Positions 19,762-28,500 of a stretch of DNA of 64,000 nt are shown piece by piece. The translations under genes and the position numbers were made by a program. The stretch lies in NCBI GenBank assembly GCA_051546255.1, contig CP128821.1:186001-250000 (forward strand). Direction: 5' to 3'. The notes beneath the pieces are model-generated. The model was not told where the DNA came from and did no database searches. It saw nothing but the letters and a program-made list of their open reading frames with translations. Positions within the stretch are counted from its first letter, which is position 1; each line of letters starts with the position of its first letter. The stretch is from Meyerozyma guilliermondii. Lineage: Eukaryota.

Positions 19762-21030
19762 CTAACTGTATTTCGAATCCTCTTTCTTATCACTATCATA
19801 TTCGGTGAGTGTCAGTTCATCCTCTTCTTGCTCCCCGGCTACCCAATTATCGGCTTTTTCCAACTGGACGCTAAACACAGTAGTTAGTCTCGTTATCATG
19901 TCGAGCGACTCTTTGGCGAGCAAAAAGATGCGGTCGTTAGCTTGTTGACCAGTACCAGTTTTGGCCGCGGTTGTTTGCTGGACCGTGGTAGGAAGCTGGA
20001 GGATGATATCGCGGATGGTGGTTTTGAAATCACAGTTTTCACTGGATTGGCTGCTAGTGGGAGTAAGTCCATTAGAGGTGCTGAGTGACGACGGGCGGAA
20101 ATTGGAAATGACATGAATTATCTTCTTGACGGTAGATACAATTTCCGTCTTTGTCTGCTGTGCTTCAGGAGCAATGAGACCCGCTCCAGGCGGGCCGGTT
20201 TGGTCCTGGCTGGCGTGACTGGCCTCACTGGCCCGTCTTGCACGTTCGATTTTCTGGGCTTGTTCCTTCTCACGCTCCTGCTCTCGTTCTTGGATTTTCG
20301 CTTGGAGCTCGCTAACTTTGGTGGTGATCTGGTCGTTGGCAAGTTTCAAAACATGGAGACAGAATTGAAGACGTTTACGGGTATCGGCGGTGGAAGCGGA
20401 GTTCGACTTTACAGACTTTGCCGTAGCTACCGTACTTGAAGACGAGAGCCGTCTCAACTTGCGGTGCGGCGACACTTCGTTGTCGTCTGTGATGGCGGCT
20501 GCTGCCTGTTTGACCTGGTGGCGACTATTCAAGTCAGCTTCGATGCGAGAAACAACCGGTATTGCGGCCTTCTCAACAAATTCGGCAGCGTAGTTGAACA
20601 GAGCATAGTTGCGCTTAGAGTGGTTGTAGTAGCGCACCGCGTTGGTCACTATCGGATGGCGGGATACTTGGTTCACTCGTGACACCAACGGATGTTGTAT
20701 TTTGTAATCTTCGTCACCTTGAATCAGAAGCGATGAGAGTGGAGATGCGATCGCCGAGTGACCCTGTGAAGCCCCGCTTCCATCCTCTGATTCTCCAGCA
20801 CCCGGAGGTGGTGGGGTCCTCTTTGTGAGCAGCGCAAGCGCCTCAGCTGCCAGAACGAGTTCCTGGTCGTTTTTCCGCTTTTCTCTGTAGGCTGGTGGAG
20901 GAGCTTCAGCATGAGCATCCAGAGTGGCCAAAGTCACACCAGGGGACGAGGGAGGCATCGACGTGTACTCGGGCCCTGGAGGCCAGTGGGACGATAATTT
21001 GCGTTTCCCGTGGATTGTTGTTTCTGTCAT
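19762..21030 (-). CDS. OPI1: Opi1-family transcriptional repressor
   Basis: AAEALALL, HPIVTNAVRYYNHSK, RKRLQFCLHVLKLAN, EIVSTVKKIIHVISNF and RIFLLAKESLDMI are Opi1 blocks; ATG 21030 chosen (an in-frame ATG also lies at 21117). Confidence 0.8.
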   Translation of the reverse strand: MTETTIHGKRKLSSHWPPGPEYTSMPPSSPGVTLATLDAHAEAPPPAYREKRKNDQELVLAAEALALLTKRTPPPPGAGESEDGSGASQGHSAIASPLSSLLIQGDEDYKIQHPLVSRVNQVSRHPIVTNAVRYYNHSKRNYALFNYAAEFVEKAAIPVVSRIEADLNSRHQVKQAAAAITDDNEVSPHRKLRRLSSSSTVATAKSVKSNSASTADTRKRLQFCLHVLKLANDQITTKVSELQAKIQEREQEREKEQAQKIERARRASEASHASQDQTGPPGAGLIAPEAQQTKTEIVSTVKKIIHVISNFRPSSLSTSNGLTPTSSQSSENCDFKTTIRDIILQLPTTVQQTTAAKTGTGQQANDRIFLLAKESLDMITRLTTVFSVQLEKADNWVAGEQEEDELTLTEYDSDKKEDSKYS

Positions 21031-21169
21031 GTGGTGAATCGTGAGAAGTTTGCAACTTTTATGAGAGAATCGGTGTGGGCGGCATGTGAAAGTTGTGCAC
21101 GTGACAGAGCCCCTCATCGGCCCGATTACGGTGAAGGACTATAATAAAGGAGGAACAATGGAGAAGAAA

Positions 21170-21198
21170 TGATTTGATTGTGATTTGATTGTGATTTG
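21170..21198. repeat. 11-bp tandem repeat (GATTTGATTGT, about 2.6 copies)
   Basis: gatttgattgt gatttgattgt gatttga read directly. Confidence 0.85.
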
Positions 21199-21442
21199 AG
21201 GTTTGTCAGGAATTTGTTTATTGACTAATGTTTGTGATCAAAGAGTTGAAGTGCACATGTTGAATCTTGAAGTGAGATTTGACCTGCACTGAATTCGGAC
21301 TTTCAGATGCGAATTGGCTCAAATAATCCGACTCAGCTTTTGGGCACCTGGGCAACCCTTTGGGCTACGTGGGGTAATTGTAGGGTAGATTCGTAACATT
21401 ACTGAATTACGCTAATAATACATTAGTTGTCGGTCTATATCA

Positions 21443-23137
21443 TTAAGCAAGACTTTTGACCGAGTGTTGGAACGAAACAACTGGGTGAATGGCATTCTGC
21501 TCGTTCTGTTTATTACCGTATTCCATCTTGTTCCATTCGTCTTCTTTCTTGTTGTAGTGTTGGAAACAGATCCAAAAGAGACATCCAGCAATGAAACTGG
21601 CACTGGCCAAACCAGTGTAACTCCATACAAACTTGGGATTGACCGAGGTAGATGAGATGGCAATACCCAAGGCTGAACCAACGGCATTGGTCAACAAGAA
21701 TAACGACGTAATGAATGATTTCATACTGGCTGGAGCTCTAGTGTAGGCATATTCCAATCCAGTAACAGATGCAAAAATTTCTGAAAACGCAATCAAGACG
21801 TAAGCAGGAATTTGAATCGCCACATGGACACGGTTTGGAACACCAACAAATCCTTTACATTGCAAAGGATTGTCATAACATGGACCAGCCTTGTAGATGT
21901 AATGCTGTAAAACAGCTGCATAAACCATAGAAGATGAGGCAACCATGAAGCCAAAAAAGATTCTTGTGATGGGTCTGAATGGAGTAAACTTTCTGATGAA
22001 TGGGTAAAGGACGGATTCAAACACTGGAATGAAAACGACAATGGCAATCGAGTCAAACACCTGGAGGAAATCATTTGGAATACCATGCAATTCAATCATA
22101 CCGGCTTGGGAAACAAAATTACTAATCATTTGACCGTAAACCACCCAGTAGAATGGATAAAACACAAACACTTTACAAGCAGAAATGGATCTTCTAACTT
22201 CCTCAGCAAAATGGTCGGTCCATGTATAACCAGCCTCAGGGTTTCTGGAAGGCAAAGCAGCATCGTAGTTGAATTTGTTCTTGATTGCAATCCACGTACA
22301 TTTGAAAGCCTTGGAAATCACCTTATCGGAAACTGGAACCTTGACATACATGTTTCTTCCAATAATCAATGCAACAATACCCACGAAAAAGAAACAAAAT
22401 GGCAAAAGGAAAGCAGCCCAGAATCCAACGTGGTATTCCAACTCGGTGGTAGCCATGACGGACAAAGCACCGGTGTTGATCATAAGATAGAAGAACATGA
22501 ACACATTTTGAATTGTGACTGCAGGATCTTCAATAACTCTTTCACCTGACTTCAACACCTTAATAACAGGGTTTGTCTTTGGAATTTGGTCAGCAATCAA
22601 AGGTGAAACATTAGATTTGATACCACCAGTACCGATACCAAGAATGATAATACCACTGACATAACCTCCCAAAGCGGTGTTGTAACTGGTGATGGAAGGA
22701 ATGGAGGTGACGAAAATGAGAAACGAACCAACGGCATAGATACCAGCGAAAACAGAAATAGCCTTGTATTTTCCCAAATACGTATCAGCAACCCAAGCAC
22801 CAAAGATGGGAGTGACATAACACCAAAATTGGAAAAAATAAGATAACGCAGTTGCACCTTGATTTTTCAAACTTAAAGCACCAGGAGGAGTTCCATGAGG
22901 TCCATTTTGCATATAGTTTTGGAAAGGGGTACTCAAACCATAGTAACTGAATCTTTCGGCTAATTCAACCACTGCAACCAACCAACATCTAAGAGGAATT
23001 TTTCCAGAAACATGACGCAAAGTTTTCATTTCCTCATCGGTAGGCACCTCATGGTCACCTTCAACAGAGACGCTGTTGGTGGTGGAGTCGATATTCGATT
23101 CTATAACTGGGTCTCGTTTGGGTTCCTCGAAGCTCAT
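21443..23137 (-). CDS. PTR2: POT/PTR-family di/tripeptide transporter
   Basis: VELAERFSYYG (ExxERFxYYG), GTGGIKSNVSP, FYLMINTGAL, SEIFASVTGLEYAYTRAP. Confidence 0.95.
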   Translation of the reverse strand: MSFEEPKRDPVIESNIDSTTNSVSVEGDHEVPTDEEMKTLRHVSGKIPLRCWLVAVVELAERFSYYGLSTPFQNYMQNGPHGTPPGALSLKNQGATALSYFFQFWCYVTPIFGAWVADTYLGKYKAISVFAGIYAVGSFLIFVTSIPSITSYNTALGGYVSGIIILGIGTGGIKSNVSPLIADQIPKTNPVIKVLKSGERVIEDPAVTIQNVFMFFYLMINTGALSVMATTELEYHVGFWAAFLLPFCFFFVGIVALIIGRNMYVKVPVSDKVISKAFKCTWIAIKNKFNYDAALPSRNPEAGYTWTDHFAEEVRRSISACKVFVFYPFYWVVYGQMISNFVSQAGMIELHGIPNDFLQVFDSIAIVVFIPVFESVLYPFIRKFTPFRPITRIFFGFMVASSSMVYAAVLQHYIYKAGPCYDNPLQCKGFVGVPNRVHVAIQIPAYVLIAFSEIFASVTGLEYAYTRAPASMKSFITSLFLLTNAVGSALGIAISSTSVNPKFVWSYTGLASASFIAGCLFWICFQHYNKKEDEWNKMEYGNKQNEQNAIHPVVSFQHSVKSLA

Positions 23138-23292
23138 TTGTGAATGAAGAAAAGATTTTTTGACTTTTTAACTATCCCCGAGCCACAATCTATTCCCAAT
23201 GAGGATGAGTAGTTTTTCATCTCACACGGCATATGGGCGCATCACAGTGTAAAAACGCCGTTCATCTGCTGATGTACAGTGCATATTGTGCC

Positions 23293-23311
23293 GGTGTCAC
23301 GCCCTGACACC
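23293..23311. promoter_or_regulatory. Inverted pair of TGTCA/TGACA (Cup9/TALE-homeodomain-type) sites in the PTR2 promoter
   Basis: GGTGTCA-cgccc-TGACACC, perfect 7-bp arms, about 160 bp upstream of the PTR2 ATG. Confidence 0.5.
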
Positions 23312-24695
23312 CGCACTGAAAAAAAACGTCACATCTGCATGGCATTTTTCCGGTCGGGGTAACTGGCATTGTGCCATGAGCCCTGTCTTTAATTGGAGCC
23401 GTGCCGCCGAAAGGCTCTGATAACGCCGTTTTGCGGTTTTCTTATTGGATGCCGAATTTGAACGCAGCTTGCGCACAAAAACTAGGATACCCGACTAGGA
23501 GCTTGGTGGCTTAATAATAGGAACCCTTACAACCCATTTTGGTAGTTGTCAAAAGAAATGAGCAAGTCCCTGCATTTCGGTTGGAACACGTAAATAGTTA
23601 TTCTTTTTCTGTGGAAAGTCTTGGCATGGGGCGGCGTCTTATCGAAAAATAAACTGCGTGCCAAGTGCTTTTTAGTCGTATAAATGCTTTTTCTGCGAAC
23701 CCGATCGCGGAGACAATATTGGTTTTTCGCCGTGTGCGAGCCGCAGACTTTTAGACGAATTGCTGATTGCAACCTCTCCCAATGAGGGAATTCGCTTAGC
23801 TACCCCGGATTATGATTTTGGAAGTCAGATATAAAGACAACAGATCCAAACACTGTCTAGGGATACCGGCAGCCCATAAAATGGCGACTTTTTTTGTGTT
23901 TTGTGAAGTAATGATCAAAGGCAGTATTCATCGACTATTGCAATGCACTCAAACAAAAAATAATTCATAGCAACCGCGGTCGAGTTTCACAAGATGCTCC
24001 CGAGTCAACAAGAGTCGAAAGTCTCTTTCTCCACGAAGATATTGGGTTGCTTCTTGAAGTTGTAGTCATTCTGATGAACTATACGGTCACAGCGAATTTG
24101 AACGAATCAGAAAACTATCTTATGATTTGGTTGAGCCGTAACGTGAATTACTTTAGTTGATTGGTGTCAACTCATGAAATTGCTTACTCTTCTGAAAGCA
24201 ATCATACCACCTTCATTTTCGAAACCAATGTTTCTCTTGCAACTTCAATGCTAGTTGTATCAAGCACTTACATCCATTCGTCTTGCTGAAAATTTTTTGC
24301 AGGAGTTTGCAACCAACACAATGTACAACTAAGACTCGGGCTGCTCAGTATTGACCACCGGAAGAAAATTCAACGTTTCTATTTTCTTATTGGAGATTGT
24401 TTAGCTGTCATTTTGCATTTTGTCATTTTGTCCTTGTCAAAACTGATTGACGTTTGTCATATTCAATTGAGCTTAACGAGTTTGTACCGGTTTCTCCAAA
24501 GAGTCACTCATCGAACAAAACTTCTCGCACTCGAAATCGTTGACAGGTTGAATGCATATTGACATCTAATTTGGGTGCGAAATGAAGTCGAAGTTCAGAG
24601 TCAATAAGTACATGCGCTAGCATTGAGTCACAAATTATTATATCTACCACTATGACGGAATAGCTAAACAAGCGCTGAACCAGATCAAAAGCTGT

Positions 24696-25472
24696 TCACG
24701 AGGAAACTGCCGTTCTTCTTGGCATCAGACTTAGACTCTTGGTTCGGCAAGGTGACTCTGCCGTTCCCACAACTTCGGCATTGGGTCCATAGAGTTGCTC
24801 TTCCTGTTCCAATTGACGAATTGAAACCCATCCGCGACCATGGACAACCACTCGCAGGTATGGCCTGTTATTAGCATCACGTTTGACGATGTCTTTGTAG
24901 CGTAATTTTGGCTGCATTTGCGCCTGGACATACGATTTCCATTGAGACCGACCGATTTCAGTGCAGAGGTCAAACTTGGTGGCTTCTTTTCCGGGCGCTT
25001 GTATTGTACAACCAGAGTCAATTTCGGACTTGGTGTTGCACTGAACTGCAAGTCATACGTTTCCATTCAGGGCGCTTAAACTGGTGGAGAACCCATCCAA
25101 AACAGCCTGGGTTTGGTCAGCAAGAGCATTAGCTCTCGTGAGTTGTCTCGTAACCTCTTTTTGTAGCAGGTTGTATTTTTTATCCAATTTTGTGGAAATT
25201 GCAATAATCTCAAATTTTGCAACCTTGACGATATGACGAATAGTTAACCACCCAATAGTCAAGACAATAGCTGCGAAAACCACCATGAAAACTGTACTAG
25301 CAATCACAAGGATAGGACTATACAGCTCCTTTTGTGAATTTTGGATCTGTAATACTTTTTCGTCTTCTTCAGCATGGGCCATAATGTTCGTCAAAGGTCG
25401 ATACCAAAGCATTCCTACCAATAAAATAACCAGCAATATGGGACGATATAATTCTTTTACTCTTGATAACAT
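24696..25472 (-). pseudogene. Orphan membrane-protein reading frame (258 codons) interrupted by one in-frame TGA at 25053-25055; pseudogene or readthrough gene
   Basis: The 139-aa ORF (two hydrophobic segments plus coiled coil) and the 73-aa ORF are in the same frame and are joined by 45 open codons after the TGA. Confidence 0.45.
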
Positions 25473-25535
25473 AACGTTTTCATTTGTGACGGTACAGAAC
25501 TATTTAAATTCAGCGCTTTTGTACTCGATGCAATA

Positions 25536-28500
25536 TTATGTATGAGCCTCCACATACTCAGCGGCCTTGGCCTTCACTCGAGCCCCACTCTTTTCATCGT
25601 TTTGATCTTCTTCATATTTGAGCCACTTGGTAAAGAAGAACTTGGCTTGCTTCTTGGTGAGTTTCTTGGTGATAAGTCTCTCGAATAAATTTTCAACCTT
25701 GGACTTATCGTTCAACTTGATCTCTTGGTCAAGATACACATTCCACAAATCTATTCTCTTGGGTGCATCGGCCACCAAACCTTCGAACAACGAACGTCCT
25801 TGCTCGGGATCCCCCTTGGTAAACTCAAGCTGAGCAAACTTCTTGACCACCTCGATACTTTCCTTTGAAGGTAAAGCTTGCATGGCCTTGGCGAGCGCTT
25901 CGTGAACTTCATCATTCATTTGGCGATCAAGCAAATAGGAAGCATATGCCACCCACACGCTGACGTTCTTAGAGAACTTCTTGATCATCACTTTGTAGAG
26001 CCTGGTAGCCTCGTCAAATTTCTCCGACAATGTATAGATGCTTGCCAATTTCTGGTGCATGGTCAATGGTTCCATATACTGACAAGACCTACGGAAAGTA
26101 TCCTCAAGGCTCTCCTTTGTATCAAAGGTGTTTTCCAAGTTTAGCAATGCAATCCATATGTTCAACTTTTCTTGTTCTTCTCGATAGTTGATGGTTTTAA
26201 GAGCTCTCTCTCCGATTTCTCTTGCCTTTTCAATCTCACTCAACTGGAGCTGGAACGACATGTAGTTCATCCACAAAACTGAGGAGTTAGGCGATCCAAT
26301 CAACATCCTTTCAAAGTCGGAAACAGATTGAGGTGCTCTAGTATTGATGTCCGCAGTTTTATCTTCGACAACCTTAGTCGAGCGCTTCTTCTTTTTCTTA
26401 TTGACGAAATCTTCGTCGTCTGAAGACTCGTCCGACTCTTGTGCTTGGTCCAAAATTGAAGCCGTCCAGTCAAATCCGTTGGTGGACAATCCCATACCGG
26501 AGTCTTCAGCTACAACGTTGGAGGTCTCTTCATCGTCATGGTCAACATCCGAATCGGCTTCAAATGCACCCTCAACGATTTCCTCATCAGATTCATCCGA
26601 GCTTTCTGAGGCACTAGGAGTAGCTTCTTCAGATTCAGCCATCTCCACATCGTCGTCGGAATCTTCATTCTGTGTTGCTTCTGGAGCAAAGTACGAAACC
26701 TTCATCCCCAAAGACAATTGCTTCTTTTCTGAATTGATGCCAAGAATCTTCACCTTGACTCTATCACCCTCCCCAAACAAAGCCTTGACATCAACATCCT
26801 TGTTATCAGCAACTTCACTATGATGGCACAAACCACTGACATTGAGGGTTCCGTCCAATTTGACAAACACTCCGAAATCTGTAACCTGTCTTACCGATCC
26901 CTCGTATACCTCTCCTTCTTTCAAGTCTTCAAACTTCTTTAAAACATTAAGCTCACCATTAACTTCGCTTTCTTTCAAAGTGATCAAAACTCTTCCTTCT
27001 TCTTTGCAGTTAACCACCTTACCCACGACTGGCTGGTGCTGCTTAAAGTACTTTTTCCAGTCTTTCAAATAAGAATCAGACAAATCGCTTACTCTCACTA
27101 AACCATGCACTGAACGTCCAAGAGACACATAAACTCCGTTGTTAGCCACATTCTTGACAAAACCTTTCACGACATCACCACGCTGTAAATCTTCAACAGA
27201 ATTGATAACTTTGTCAACGGCCTTGTTGGTTCTCAACAGAACTGAGATCTTCTTGGAGTCTTTGTCAACAGCAAGAACAGTAGCAGTGGTGTAGTCATTG
27301 GCATGAAATACCTCATTGAGAGCACTTGAGTAGTCGTTCAAAGCATCAGTGATATACGAAGAAGCTACCACATCATGAGCTAACTCAACAAGAACAAAAG
27401 ATGGAAGCACCTTCAAGACACGAGCTGGATATTGTTTGTTCAACTCCACATCTTCAAACTTGGTAACGGTATGCTTTCTTGAAGTCAAAATGATATTCTT
27501 GTGCTCTTCATCGATTTGCTTGACCTTAGCTTTGATTGCGGCACCAATTGGAAGCCTGTTTTCCAAGTCTTCAAAGATAGAAACTTCGTCAGATAAATCC
27601 ATAAAAGAAACCCTTCCTTTAACGGATAGACTCATGGAAACCCAAACGAAACCTCTAGCAAGATTGTTTACAAATGCAACATGCTCAGAGCCCACTTTGA
27701 CATCTTTGATCTCGGTTATAGGATCCTTTTCTAGGAGAGTGAGCTCAAGAATTGTGTTCTTGGATTTGCGGTGGGAAATAGGCAAGAAAGTGTGGTTCTT
27801 TGCATCATGGTAACCAAGGACTCTTACTGACAAAATCTCATCCTTATGAAACTGAGACAATGGTTGATTCTTGTCTTTGATGTCCGACCACTTTTCGAAA
27901 CATTGTGTGATATCCAAGCGACCTTGCAAATTGTCAGCTAACTGGACATTCAATTGAGTTCCCTTGATGGATTTGATCTTGGCCTGTGTTTTTGCTCCGG
28001 GAGTGTAGTCAGTGATGAGTTTCTTGGTGCTATCAACAGGATTAACGAGCTCTTGTCCATGCTCAGATTTGTCTTCAGAATCCAAAGATAACAAAAATCT
28101 TTTGTTCTCGTTATCCAAACGTATAACACGACAAGATACCGATTGGTTCTTATAGAAGCGCTTAAGAATATCTTCATTAGGATTCTTAGTTGCATATTTT
28201 GCCAACACCAATCCTGTCAATTTTCCACCAAAAGCGACAAATAAACCCAAGTTGGTTACCGACTTTATGTATCCAGTCAACACCTTATCACTGACAGTGA
28301 CGTCGCTGAATTGCGATGGAATCTGATTGTTTTTTGCCCCATTGATAAAAGACTGTTTGGCTGACAAGATCACGGACCTTGTCTTCATATCTCTCTCGAG
28401 TACCACAGCCTCAAGCTTGTCACCAGCTTGTATTTTCTTGTACAATGCACGAGTCTGCTCATAGTTTCCATCGGAAAGCTGACCAGCGTAGATTACACCA

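Noticed and set aside
24731..25066. 111-aa overlapping ORF as a frameshift or spliced continuation of the orphan
   Set aside because: The in-frame continuation past the TGA explains the region more simply; the GTATGA donor is non-consensus.
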